Shown: positions 1-9,072 of the stretch, in pieces
How positions within the stretch are numbered: position 1 is the stretch's first letter
Layout of the letters: each line of letters begins with the position of its first letter
Assembly: GCA_035293165.1 (NCBI GenBank)
Contig: DATDOR010000159.1
Span: 1 to 29,852 of the forward strand
Direction: 5' to 3'
Length of the DNA stretch: 29,852 nucleotides
Source: Anaerolineales bacterium
GTDB lineage: Bacteria > Chloroflexota > Anaerolineae > Anaerolineales > JABWBV01
Program-made: the position numbers and the translations under genes
The notes under the pieces: model-generated
What the model saw: only the letters and a program-made list of their open reading frames with translations
What the model was told of the DNA's origin: nothing
Database searches by the model: none

Positions 1-2286
1 ATTCGAATTGTGGAATCGGATGGGACTGTCCTCGGGACGCCTTTTTTGGATATTTCCTCCAAAGTCCTATCGCCGGGAGAACCTGGAGCCAGTGGATATG
101 AACAGGGCTTGTTAGGGCTGGTTTTTGATCCCAATTACGCCGTCAACGGCTACTTTTATATCAACTACACGCGCGACGCGTCAAGCTCTGCAAATGATGG
201 CGACACGGTGATCGCCCGTTATTCGGTTAGTGGAAACCCGAATGTTGCTGATTTGAATAGTGAGACGATTATCATGGTCGTTGAGCAGCCTTACAGCAAC
301 CACAACGCCGGCGATTTGAACTTTGGCTCAGATGGTTATTTGTATGTCGGGCTGGGGGATGGGGGCAGCGGCGGAGACCCCGGCAACCGAGCGCAAAATG
401 GGATGGAATTGCTTGGTAAGATGCTCCGGTTAGATGTACATGGCGGCGGGCAGGCTCCTGACTGTTACCCTGCCGGACAGTACACCGTCCCGGCGGACAA
501 TCCCTTTGTCGGCACGGCAAATACCTGTGATGAAATCTGGCACTTTGGCTTACGGAATCCCTGGCGGTTCAGTTTCGACAGTCTGACCCATGACATGTAT
601 ATTGGCGATGTAGGGCAGAATCTCTGGGAGGAGGTAAATTTCCAACCGGCTTCCAGCAACGGTGGGGAAAATTGGGGGTGGCGCTGCTATGAAGGAACTC
701 ATGAATATGATCCGTTTGGGTGTGGTCTCATCGGTGATTATGACTTCCCATTTTATGAATACCCTCATAGTGGCGGGAGTTGCTCGGTAACAGGTGGGTA
801 TGTTTATCGCGGCGATTTATATCCGGTCTTCTACGGGCATTACATCTTCACCGATTATTGCAGCGGACAGACCTGGACGGCGGATGGAAATTTGACAGTC
901 ACGGCACAGGGTGATCTGGGGGGTTCGTTTACCTCGTTTGGCGAAGATGTGGACGGAGAAATCTACCTCGCTTCCAGCAATGGCACAATCTATCATGTCA
1001 TTGAGAACACCATTGTCCAAACCCCTACACCCACCTCCCTTCCAACGACTCTAACCCCTACACCCACCTCCTCCCCAACGCCAACTCCGACATCCACTTC
1101 CAAAGTTCATGTCCAACCCGTTGCAACCGGATTTTCCGAACCTGTGGATGTGGTCAACGCGGGGGATGAACGATTGTTTGTGGCAGAGCGAACCGGGCTG
1201 GTCTACGAAGTTTCCGGCGAAGGGGCCGTGATCCCCGAGCCTGTGTTGGTGATTACCGACCGCGTGGGAACGGATTTCTGGGAACAAGGTCTGCTCAGCA
1301 TTGCTTTTCACCCGGATTTTGCAAACAACCCTTATCTGTATACCCAATACACGGATTTGAACGGCGACATTGTCATTTCTCGGTTTACCGTTTCCGGGAC
1401 GATTACCACGACCGTCCCTTTGCAACCGATTGACACAACAACCGAATGGATCATTTTGCAGATTGATCACCCGGATGACTCGCTTGAAAATAATGGGGGT
1501 GAGTTGGCCTTTGGCCCTGATGGGTATTTGTATATCTCTGTGGGGGATGGCGGCAACCACACTGAGGGGCAAGATATACAATCGCTTCTGGGAAAAATCC
1601 TACGCGTTGACGTAAGTATTACGGGAAGCGGCGGTATTTCCGGCGGCGCTGTCGTTCCCGATTGTTATCCCTCCGGGCAGTATACAATCCCGGCTGATAA
1701 CCCCCTGGTTGCCGAACCCAATGCCTGTGATGAAATCTGGGCAGTCGGGTTCCGCAATCCCTGGCGGTATAGTTTCGACAGCCTGACCGGGGAACTGTAT
1801 ATTGGGGATGTGGGGGAAGATTCCTATGAGGAGATCAGCCTGCAACCGGCGGACAGCACGGGGGGCGAAAACTTCGGGTGGAGTTGTTATGAGGGCAGCC
1901 ACCCCAGCCCGCATTTTGATGCGAATACTTGTACAGACACCTATGTCAATCCCATTCATGATTACGATCATGGTGTCGGTAGGACCGTTGTGGGCGGATA
2001 TGTGTATCGCGGGTGCCAATATGCTGATATGGTGGGCAAATATTACTTCGCCGATTATGTGTATGGGAACCTCTGGAGTCTCGAATCGGATGGTTCAGGC
2101 GGCTACAACGTGGAGGAGCTACTGGTTTCATCCCAGCTACAGTTTAGTTCTTTCGGTGAGGGGGTAGATGGCGAGCTATATCTTTTAGAATACAGTAATG
2201 GCACGCTGTTTCACTTGACAGGAAATCAATGGGGCGAATGTTTTGTGCCGTATAACCTGTGGATACCTGTTATATTCAACCCCTAA
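1..2286 (+). CDS. PQQ-dependent sugar dehydrogenase (GSDH/sGDH family) with two tandem beta-propeller domains; 5' end lies outside the window
   Basis: Frame is open from position 1 (IRIVESDG...PFLDI). Two copies of the family motifs (GLRNPWRFSFD / GFRNPWRYSFD, DVGQ / DVGE, G.NWGW / G.NFGW, VTGGYVYRG / VVGGYVYRG) are separated by a Pro/Thr linker at about 1015-1100. Confidence 0.88.
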   Translation: MRIVESDGTVLGTPFLDISSKVLSPGEPGASGYEQGLLGLVFDPNYAVNGYFYINYTRDASSSANDGDTVIARYSVSGNPNVADLNSETIIMVVEQPYSNHNAGDLNFGSDGYLYVGLGDGGSGGDPGNRAQNGMELLGKMLRLDVHGGGQAPDCYPAGQYTVPADNPFVGTANTCDEIWHFGLRNPWRFSFDSLTHDMYIGDVGQNLWEEVNFQPASSNGGENWGWRCYEGTHEYDPFGCGLIGDYDFPFYEYPHSGGSCSVTGGYVYRGDLYPVFYGHYIFTDYCSGQTWTADGNLTVTAQGDLGGSFTSFGEDVDGEIYLASSNGTIYHVIENTIVQTPTPTSLPTTLTPTPTSSPTPTPTSTSKVHVQPVATGFSEPVDVVNAGDERLFVAERTGLVYEVSGEGAVIPEPVLVITDRVGTDFWEQGLLSIAFHPDFANNPYLYTQYTDLNGDIVISRFTVSGTITTTVPLQPIDTTTEWIILQIDHPDDSLENNGGELAFGPDGYLYISVGDGGNHTEGQDIQSLLGKILRVDVSITGSGGISGGAVVPDCYPSGQYTIPADNPLVAEPNACDEIWAVGFRNPWRYSFDSLTGELYIGDVGEDSYEEISLQPADSTGGENFGWSCYEGSHPSPHFDANTCTDTYVNPIHDYDHGVGRTVVGGYVYRGCQYADMVGKYYFADYVYGNLWSLESDGSGGYNVEELLVSSQLQFSSFGEGVDGELYLLEYSNGTLFHLTGNQWGECFVPYNLWIPVIFNP

Positions 2287-2299
2287 TCTTCAAGCACGG

Positions 2300-2305
2300 T
2301 ATAAT
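2300..2305 (+). promoter_or_regulatory. Candidate sigma70 -10 box for the S10 peptidase gene
   Basis: Perfect TATAAT at 2300-2305, AGGAG RBS at 2328-2332, ATG at 2338. Confidence 0.55.
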
Positions 2306-2337
2306 CACCCCGCCAATCATCTCTATCAGGAGTCATC

Positions 2338-3837
2338 ATGTCCGAGCAAGATAAACCTACCAACGATAAAGAAAAGACGGATGCGCCCGAACCAGTGGAC
2401 AATTTGGTCGAGACGAAACATGCTCTCGTCATCAATGGGGAAGAAATCCACTACACGGTGACCACAGGGACGATTGTTTTGAAAGAGGAGGAGGTTGATC
2501 GGGAAAAAGAAGCCGAAGGCCACAAACCAAAAGCCGAGATTTTCTTAATTGCGTATACGCGGGATGGGGTGGAAGACCGCACAAAACGCCCGTTGACCTT
2601 CTCGTTCAACGGCGGGCCAGGATCATCGTCAGTCTGGCTGCACCTGGGTGTACTTGGTCCGCGCCGGGTCTATAACCTGGAAGATGGTTCAATGCCCCAG
2701 CCTCCTTTTAGATTGGTAGATAACGATTATTCCTTGTTGGACAAGACCGATCTGGTCTTCATTGATCCGGTCAATACGGGATACAGCCGGGTGGTCAAAG
2801 GGGAGAAATCCAAACCGTTTCATGGCTTCAAGAAAGATATTGAGGCGGTAGGTGAGTTTATCCGTCTGTATACGTCTCGTTATAAACGATGGTTGTCGCC
2901 TAAGTTTTTGATCGGCGAAAGCTATGGGACGACGCGTGCGGCTGGTTTATCCGGGTATTTGCAAGAACGGTATGGCATGTACTTAAACGGGATCATGCTG
3001 GTTTCGGTTATATTGAATTTTTCAACAGCCCGGTTTGCGCCCGGACATGATTTGCCTTACATTCTTTATCTTCCTGGTTATGCGGCGACGGCGTGGTATC
3101 ACAAAAAATTAGCGCGCCGGTTACTGAACCGAGCGCTCAGATACACATTGGACGAGGTTGAAAAGTTTGTACTGAACGAATATATCCCGGCCCTTTTCAA
3201 AGGGGATAAAATGTCCAAACGGGAACGCAACCGGATCGTCGAGCGGGTAGCTTATTACACCGGCCTGTCCCAGGCATACGTCGAACGCACGAATTTGCGA
3301 ATAGGGGATCAGCGGTATTTCAAAGAGCTTTTGCGAGATGAAGGACGCACAATAGGCCGGTTGGATAGTCGCTTGAAGGGTATTGATCTGGACTCTGCCG
3401 GTGAAATACACGAATACGATCCGATGTTGACGGAAATTATGGGAACGTATACAGCCACGTTCAACGATTATGTCCGGAGCGAACTGAATTACGAGAATGA
3501 TCTGCCCTATGAGATTTTGACCGCAAAAGTGCAGCCCTGGAGCTATGAAGAATTTGAAAATCAATACCTCAATGTTGCAGAAACTCTGCGAAAAGCGATG
3601 ACGATCAACCCCTATTTGAAAGTGTTGGTTGCCAACGGGTATTATGACCTGGGCACGCCATACTACGCGACAGAATATACCTTTAACCATATGGGATTGG
3701 ATGCCAGCTTGCAGGGGAACCTCACCTACACCTATTATGAAGCCGGACATATGATGTACATGCACCTGCCTTCACTGGCGCAGATGAAGGATGATCTGGC
3801 GAAGTTTATAGAAGGGGCATTACCGGGGGAAATCTAA
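2338..3837 (+). CDS. Serine carboxypeptidase, peptidase family S10
   Basis: FNGGPGSSS, FIDPVNTGYS, nucleophile motif GESYG, YYDL (Asp) and EAGHMMY (His); RBS present. Confidence 0.92.
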   Translation: MSEQDKPTNDKEKTDAPEPVDNLVETKHALVINGEEIHYTVTTGTIVLKEEEVDREKEAEGHKPKAEIFLIAYTRDGVEDRTKRPLTFSFNGGPGSSSVWLHLGVLGPRRVYNLEDGSMPQPPFRLVDNDYSLLDKTDLVFIDPVNTGYSRVVKGEKSKPFHGFKKDIEAVGEFIRLYTSRYKRWLSPKFLIGESYGTTRAAGLSGYLQERYGMYLNGIMLVSVILNFSTARFAPGHDLPYILYLPGYAATAWYHKKLARRLLNRALRYTLDEVEKFVLNEYIPALFKGDKMSKRERNRIVERVAYYTGLSQAYVERTNLRIGDQRYFKELLRDEGRTIGRLDSRLKGIDLDSAGEIHEYDPMLTEIMGTYTATFNDYVRSELNYENDLPYEILTAKVQPWSYEEFENQYLNVAETLRKAMTINPYLKVLVANGYYDLGTPYYATEYTFNHMGLDASLQGNLTYTYYEAGHMMYMHLPSLAQMKDDLAKFIEGALPGEI

Positions 3838-4361
3838 TTTCTATGGATTTCTAAAATCTCCACTGAAATTACCTCACACCCCCACAGAACCATCCCCTCC
3901 ACCAACCGGTTTTTAAGTTCAGACTCAATCCTCGCCCGGTCATGGATGATATCTCCGTAGGTCAGGCTGCCAATGATGGATTTCAGCCGGTTGCGGGTGG
4001 CCTCACGCACGGAGGTTGTCAAATCGGGGACGTTCAATATGCTCTTTTCCGGTTCAACGATACGATATCCGAGGCTCATCTGCACATTGACCCGCGCGTT
4101 GTCTTGAGTGGAGACTTCAGTATTGATCGTTTCCTTTTGCTCGCGCAAATCCACCTGAATGCCCCGATCAACAAAAGGCAACAGGAATATCAATCCTGGC
4201 CCTACAACTCGGACAAACCGCCCCAACCGGAAAATCGCCATCCGTGCATACTCCGGGACGATGCGGATGGCAATTGTGATAGCCAGGAGTATGACCCCCA
4301 GGAGAATCACTATCATACAAACCATCACAAGATAGGGTGCGTCAAAACCTGATAAACTCAT
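3834..4361 (-). CDS. SPFH/Band-7 (stomatin-like) membrane protein, short form
   Basis: N-terminal hydrophobic helix, then IVPEY.R..IFRLGRF..V.GPGL.FLLPFVDR...VDLRE and TQDN motifs. Ends right after the SPFH domain. ATGA overlap with the upstream ORF. Confidence 0.8.
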   Translation of the reverse strand: MSLSGFDAPYLVMVCMIVILLGVILLAITIAIRIVPEYARMAIFRLGRFVRVVGPGLIFLLPFVDRGIQVDLREQKETINTEVSTQDNARVNVQMSLGYRIVEPEKSILNVPDLTTSVREATRNRLKSIIGSLTYGDIIHDRARIESELKNRLVEGMVLWGCEVISVEILEIHRN

Positions 4362-4570
4362 ATGTTTTCATCCAGATCGGATTGCTCCCCACTTTGGATT
4401 GGAGGAGCATCTTTTTGCTGATATTCCTCACATTCCAACACTGGCAAAGGCGGGTATTTGGGAAGCCGAGGGTTGAGCTTGCTCGCCTCGCACAACCAAA
4501 ACACGCTTCCCCGGTCATTTTGTATTGTCCGGGCATGGGTGCAGGAGGCGCAAAGGCCGGGGGTTGTCAT
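4358..4570 (-). CDS. Small four-cysteine conserved hypothetical protein (70 aa)
   Basis: MTTPGLCASCTHAR...RGSVFWLC...PKYPPLPVLEC pattern (CxxC...C...C). ATG at 4570 preferred over the TTG at 4618 because the upstream part is heptamer-repeat DNA. Confidence 0.65.
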   Translation of the reverse strand: MTTPGLCASCTHARTIQNDRGSVFWLCEASKLNPRLPKYPPLPVLECEEYQQKDAPPIQSGEQSDLDENI

Positions 4571-4571
4571 C

Positions 4572-4604
4572 GGGAATTTGAAATTGGGTATTGGGAATCG
4601 GGGA
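4572..4604. repeat. Heptamer short tandem repeat (GGGAATT-like)
   Basis: gggaatt tgaaatt gggtatt gggaatc gggga. Confidence 0.55.
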
Positions 4605-4650
4605 TGACGGATCAGCAAGTAGGGTAACGATTGGGGAAATTGATTCTTGA

Positions 4651-4685
4651 TTCCTACTTCCGGCTTCCTTCTTCCTACTTCCCAA
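4651..4685. repeat. Heptamer short tandem repeat (TTCCTAC-like) overlapping the pepF stop codon
   Basis: ttcctac ttccggc ttccttc ttcctac ttcccaa (five units). Confidence 0.6.
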
Positions 4686-6486
4686 TCACTTCTTCCAATC
4701 TTTCCACTACCTCCTCCAACCCTGCGAAGGCTGCTTCCACCGGTTCCGGGCTGGTGAGATCGACCCCCGCCATTTTCAGGGCATCGAGGGGGTACATCGA
4801 ACCGCCTGCTTTCAGGAAGTCCAGATATTTCTTCGCCGCACCTTTTTTGCCAGACAGAACGCCATCGGCCAGCGCTTGCGCACCAGAAATGCCGGTCGCA
4901 TACTGGTACACGTAAAAGTTTGCATACAAATGCCCAAACTGTGCCCAGGTGATGCCGAGCCGGTCGTGGTCGAATACCACCTGATCCCCATAGCCCTCAG
5001 CAAACAGATCGGCACAGAGTTGGATAAGGGAATCCGCGCTGATAGGTTTCCCCTGTTCCACCCGTTCGTGGATTTCCAACTCAAACCGCGCCAGGGTAGG
5101 CATGATGAAGAAATAACGATGGTAATTGGACATGGCTTCTTCAATCAAAGTGATCTGAAAATCCGGGTCAGGGTTATTTTTGAACAGGTAGGCGCGCGTC
5201 ATCGCCTGGTTGAAATTGGATGCGACTTCGGCAACGAAAAGCGAGTAATCGGCATACACAAAAGGTTGGGCCTTGCGGGAATAGTAGGAATGCAGCGAGT
5301 GGCCGAGTTCGTGGGTGAGGATACTCAGGCTGTAGAGATCATCATTAAAACTCATCATAATATACGGATGCGTGTCGTAAACCCCGCTGGAGAAGGCTCC
5401 GGCTCGTTTGCCTTTGTTGAGCGCCCAATCCACCCAACGATCTTTCAAACAGCCTTTCTTCAGGACTTTGGCATAATCTTTTCCCAGGGGCGTCATCCCC
5501 TCCGCGATCCACTCCACAGCTTGTTCGTAAGAGACAACGGGCGGATTTTTCGCGAGAGGGGCCTTGATGTCGTACTCGTGCAGTTTCTTATATCCCAACG
5601 CTTTTTTGCGTATTTTCCAATAACGATGCCAGGTGGGCAGGTTTTTCTTGAAGACCTCTATCAAATTATGGAAGACTTCAACCGGGATATGGTTGGGGGC
5701 CAGCGACGCTTCCAGGGAGGAGCCATACCCCCGGCTTCGAGCATAGAAGACATCCCGTTTGACAGCAGTGACGAGCGTGTTCGTCAGTGTATTTTTGTGG
5801 GTGAGATAGCCGTCTGCGTAATTGCGCCAGGCTCTCCGGCGGATTTTCCGTTCATCATGGCTGATCAGCGCACCAATCGTGCTGTGGGTGACATCCAGCG
5901 GCTTCCCTTTTTTATCCCGCGCGGGGTTAAATCGCATATCGGCATTGGTCAAAATGTTATATGTTGCCATGGCAGTTCCGAGGGGGTCGGAAACAGCGGC
6001 CATCATTTCCTCGACTTCGGCAGAGCGAACATGTCGCTGGCGCTTTTCTAACTGGTCAAAATAGTGAGCGAACAAGGCCAGACGCGGTTCCTCCTCCATC
6101 CATTTCTGCAAGGCGTCGAACCCAAGCGCCATTAACTCCGGTTCGACAAAGGAAGTGGCTGCCCGCAGACGTGAAGACAGGCTGCGCGCCTGCCCCGATT
6201 GTGCTGTTGCCATCTGATCGGTGGAGTCCACCGCTGATTTCAAAATGGCATACACGAACACTTTTTCTGCCAGACGCATCACTTTTTCTGCTGCGTCAAA
6301 ATAGTCTGCCAGAGTCTGCGGGCTTTCGCCTAGTTTTGTTTTATATTCGCTCAACGCGGGGATTTGCGCCTCGACTTCTTTGAATGAGGCCTCCCAATCT
6401 TCAAAGGTAACAAAAATGCTCTCCAAATCCCAGGTTTGTTCTATTGGGACTTCACCGCGGAGGGGCAGGGTTTTAGATTTTTTCAT
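4675..6486 (-). CDS. pepF: Oligoendopeptidase F (peptidase M3B)
   Basis: N-terminal TWDLESIF, GKRAGAFSSG, zinc motif HELGH, EVASNFNQ, HLYANFYVYQYATG, LKAGGSMYPLDALK.AGVD. Start taken at MKKSKT (6486), with GGAG upstream. Confidence 0.93.
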   Translation of the reverse strand: MKKSKTLPLRGEVPIEQTWDLESIFVTFEDWEASFKEVEAQIPALSEYKTKLGESPQTLADYFDAAEKVMRLAEKVFVYAILKSAVDSTDQMATAQSGQARSLSSRLRAATSFVEPELMALGFDALQKWMEEEPRLALFAHYFDQLEKRQRHVRSAEVEEMMAAVSDPLGTAMATYNILTNADMRFNPARDKKGKPLDVTHSTIGALISHDERKIRRRAWRNYADGYLTHKNTLTNTLVTAVKRDVFYARSRGYGSSLEASLAPNHIPVEVFHNLIEVFKKNLPTWHRYWKIRKKALGYKKLHEYDIKAPLAKNPPVVSYEQAVEWIAEGMTPLGKDYAKVLKKGCLKDRWVDWALNKGKRAGAFSSGVYDTHPYIMMSFNDDLYSLSILTHELGHSLHSYYSRKAQPFVYADYSLFVAEVASNFNQAMTRAYLFKNNPDPDFQITLIEEAMSNYHRYFFIMPTLARFELEIHERVEQGKPISADSLIQLCADLFAEGYGDQVVFDHDRLGITWAQFGHLYANFYVYQYATGISGAQALADGVLSGKKGAAKKYLDFLKAGGSMYPLDALKMAGVDLTSPEPVEAAFAGLEEVVERLEEVIGK

Positions 6487-7270
6487 TCGGTTCTCCTTTG
6501 TACTCTTCAACGAATTTCAGCCGCATCACCAGTTCCCCGTCGTCTTCTTCCCCTGTATAGACAAAGCCCATTCTCTCGTAAAACGGACACGGGCTGCCCT
6601 CGCTGGGGACACAACTGGTGAGTAATTCTTTTGCGCCGGGGCGGGTTTTGATATAGGCGATCACCTGTTCCATAGCCCTTCGTCCAAATCCCATGCCCTG
6701 ATAGCGTGCGTCGATCATATACCGCCACAGGAAATATTCCGGTTCATTGGGATTATCGAACAGCATCACAAACCCGACAGGCGTATCCCCCGCATGCACG
6801 GCACGAAACCAGGCTTTTGGCTCGAAATGGGCCTGGGCGATGGAAACCGCGTTCGGCGCAACGAATTTCCGCTGTCCCTCGGCCACTTGCAGCCTGCACA
6901 CCGCCCGCACCATTTCTTTCGTCACCTCTCGAAGGGTAACAGGTGATTCGGGTGTCACTCCTGGTTCGGGAAAGCGCGGTTCGTGCAGGGTAAAGGTATT
7001 GCCATGCCCTTTGCGCGCAAACATCTCCTGCCCCAGCGCCGTTTCCTTCCACTTCAAAAAATGTTCCGTTTGGAAGTGCGCGTCGCGGGCCTCCTGGTCA
7101 CGGTATATCTCCAGCAAACTAAAATGGGTGGGATCTTCTGTATCTTGAAATACTTCATAACGTAAAAACCCCGGTTCTTTACTCGATTTTTCGACGTTTT
7201 CTAACGTCGCCGTGCGATACGCCTCGACAAATTCTGGTTTCAAGTAGTGGTGAAATTGAAAAACGAGCAT
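6473..7270 (-). CDS. Fusion of an ABM/LsrG-like monooxygenase domain and a GNAT N-acetyltransferase (BltD/SpeG-like)
   Basis: N-terminal EN...S.KEPGFLRYEVFQD..DPTHFSLLEIY......AH..T.HF..W; C-terminal FVAPNAVSIAQA, YFLWRYMIDARYQGMGFGRRAM (acetyl-CoA motif). ATG 7270 with GGAG RBS. Confidence 0.82.
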   Translation of the reverse strand: MLVFQFHHYLKPEFVEAYRTATLENVEKSSKEPGFLRYEVFQDTEDPTHFSLLEIYRDQEARDAHFQTEHFLKWKETALGQEMFARKGHGNTFTLHEPRFPEPGVTPESPVTLREVTKEMVRAVCRLQVAEGQRKFVAPNAVSIAQAHFEPKAWFRAVHAGDTPVGFVMLFDNPNEPEYFLWRYMIDARYQGMGFGRRAMEQVIAYIKTRPGAKELLTSCVPSEGSPCPFYERMGFVYTGEEDDGELVMRLKFVEEYKGEPNEKI

Positions 7271-7294
7271 TTTTGTCTCCGAAAGGTTTGCTGT

Positions 7295-7302
7295 ATTATA
7301 AT
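7295..7302. promoter_or_regulatory. Overlapping back-to-back -10 boxes (TATAAT on both strands) in a 39-bp divergent intergenic gap
   Basis: ATTATAAT: plus-strand TATAAT at 7297-7302 and minus-strand TATAAT at 7300-7295. Confidence 0.55.
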
Positions 7303-7309
7303 GCACTGC

Positions 7310-8134
7310 ATGGAGCAAATCCTGGAAAAACCTGTTCCAAAACGGAAATCCCTGGCATGGCTCGTTTATCTTGCGGTTGCTATCGTCCTCTTCGGTTGGC
7401 TGTGGAATACACCCGAAGGCCTACTTGGAAAAGCGGATGCGATTGGGTACGCCGTCTGCCACCGGATTGATGTCCGTTCTTTCCATTTGGGAGATCGCCC
7501 GATGTCCCTCTGCGCACGCTGTACGGGAATGTACCTGGGCGCGTTGCTCGGACTGGCCTTTCAGGGGATTACCGCCCCCCGCCGGGGAAAATATCCGCCA
7601 AAACGCGTGATCGCTATCTTGACCGGATTGTTTCTCGTTTTTGGCGTGGATGGGTTGAACTCATTCGCTCACCTATTCCCTGGCGCCCCCGGAATTTATG
7701 AACCCAACAACATCCTCCGTATCTTAACAGGAACCGGATTGGGCATCGTCATGGCCGCTGTTGTTTACCCGGTGTTCAGCCAAACTGTTTGGACACACTG
7801 GGATGAACGCCCGGCTTTGCCTGGGATACGCCAATTATTGGTGATTCTCCTTCTGGGGTTAGGGGTCGATCTCCTGGTCATGACCGAAAACCCAATTGTG
7901 CTTTACCCGCTCGCTTTGTTGAGTGCTGCGGGCGTGCTGGTCATTCTGAGCATGGTTTATGCCATGCTCTGGTTGATCGTCCTCCGAGCCGAAAATCGTT
8001 ATAACCGTGCCTGGCAATTGATCACCCCGTTGGTGGGTGGTTTCGCGATGGGGCTGCTTCAAATCGCCCTCCTGGATCTGGGCCGTTATGCCCTCACCGG
8101 AACCTGGGAAGGGTTTCATGTGTTATTAGGATAG
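7310..8134 (+). CDS. DUF2085-family multi-pass membrane protein
   Basis: VCHRIDVRSF...LCARCTGMYLG signature, DG..S motif and about six hydrophobic segments. Start at ATG 7310 inferred from the -10 box 7 nt upstream (ATG 7301 is the alternative). Confidence 0.8.
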   Translation: MEQILEKPVPKRKSLAWLVYLAVAIVLFGWLWNTPEGLLGKADAIGYAVCHRIDVRSFHLGDRPMSLCARCTGMYLGALLGLAFQGITAPRRGKYPPKRVIAILTGLFLVFGVDGLNSFAHLFPGAPGIYEPNNILRILTGTGLGIVMAAVVYPVFSQTVWTHWDERPALPGIRQLLVILLLGLGVDLLVMTENPIVLYPLALLSAAGVLVILSMVYAMLWLIVLRAENRYNRAWQLITPLVGGFAMGLLQIALLDLGRYALTGTWEGFHVLLG

Positions 8135-8154
8135 AGATTGGAGAATGGAGATTG
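8134..8154. repeat. Heptamer short tandem repeat (GAGATTG-like)
   Basis: gagattg gagaatg gagattg immediately after the DUF2085 stop. Confidence 0.4.
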
Positions 8155-8238
8155 GTGAGACGGTAAAGAATTATTCCCGTAAATAAAATTAACCATTCCC
8201 CGCTTCTCCTTTTCCCTTTTCATAATCAGGAGTTTCCT

Positions 8239-8811
8239 ATGAACCTTCTTACCGGTATCCTTTCCGCTTTTGGCCTTTCTGCCAGCGCGGGGTTGAACGC
8301 CTACATACCCTTGTTGACCGTTGCCTTATTGGCTCGATTCACCGATCTGATTCAACTCTCCGATCCCTGGAACACCCTGGAAGACTGGTGGGTGATTGGC
8401 ACGTTGATTGTCCTGTTGTTCATCGAATTTTTTGTTGACAAAGTTCCTGCAATCAATCATATCAACGATGCCATACAAACCTTTGTTCGTCCTGCAGCGG
8501 GCGCAATTGCTTTTGCAGCCAGCGCAGGTGTTGTAACCGATGCCAGCCCAGTTCTATCACTCATTTTAGGGTTGGTTGTAGCTGGGGGGGTACACGCGAC
8601 GAAATCCCTGGCGGTCCGCCCGGCAGTTACCGCGACCACGGGCGGGGCAGGGAATATTCCGGTCAGTATTTTGGAAGATGTGATCTCGACCGTCATGTCT
8701 ATCCTGGCGATCATTATTCCCATTTTGTTTGCAGCAATTACCATTGTTGTCACAGCCTGGTTTGTATGGTGGTTATGGCGTCGCGCAAACCGGGCTTCGG
8801 CGACGACGTAG
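8239..8811 (+). CDS. DUF4126-family membrane protein
   Basis: FGLSASAGLNAYIPLL, EFFVDKVP.I.H.ND...TFVRP.AGA, PVSILED motifs; AGGAG RBS. Confidence 0.88.
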   Translation: MNLLTGILSAFGLSASAGLNAYIPLLTVALLARFTDLIQLSDPWNTLEDWWVIGTLIVLLFIEFFVDKVPAINHINDAIQTFVRPAAGAIAFAASAGVVTDASPVLSLILGLVVAGGVHATKSLAVRPAVTATTGGAGNIPVSILEDVISTVMSILAIIIPILFAAITIVVTAWFVWWLWRRANRASATT

Positions 8812-8830
8812 TTAAATCAACTCGCTTTCT

Positions 8831-8891
8831 CATAACTACTCTGCCCAGAGTAGTTATGCCCCGATTCGTCTTCTTTATTTTGAGCAGTTAC
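8831..8891. repeat. Degenerate copy of the GTAACTRCTCAG inverted-repeat family, with an internal perfect hairpin
   Basis: cataactactctg-cc-cagagtagttatg (13-bp perfect stem, 8831-8858) and right end ttgagcagttac (8880-8891). Confidence 0.55.
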
Positions 8892-8900
8892 AAATTCTCT

Positions 8901-8950
8901 GGTTCTTTGGGAATCGGCAGGGAGGCAACCACGTCAAATCCCAAAGAGCC
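8901..8950. mobile_element. 50-bp MITE, copy 1
   Basis: Termini GGTTCTTTGGGA...TCCCAAAGAGCC (11/12 inverted match); exact 8-bp direct repeat AATTCTCT at 8893-8900 and 8951-8958; 47/50 identical to 21413-21462. Confidence 0.88.
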
Positions 8951-9030
8951 AATTCTCTTTGGGTCTGCCGTAATAAACAGGGTGGGAGTATTTCCCGCTA
9001 AAAATGGAAGAGCCTTCTCTTTGAATTTCG

Positions 9031-9039
9031 TGGTATCAT
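9031..9039 (+). promoter_or_regulatory. Extended -10 promoter element
   Basis: TG-g-TATCAT upstream of a GGAGG RBS (9060-9064) and ATG 9073; flanked by a 7-bp inverted repeat aatttcg/cgaaatt. Confidence 0.45.
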
Positions 9040-9072
9040 CTCCTCGAAATTTTAGGACTGGAGGATGTCCCT

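Noticed and set aside
4876-6051. 391-aa plus-strand ORF
   Set aside because: Wholly antisense to pepF, no motifs; a shadow ORF. The same applies to the many other antisense ORFs inside well-supported genes.
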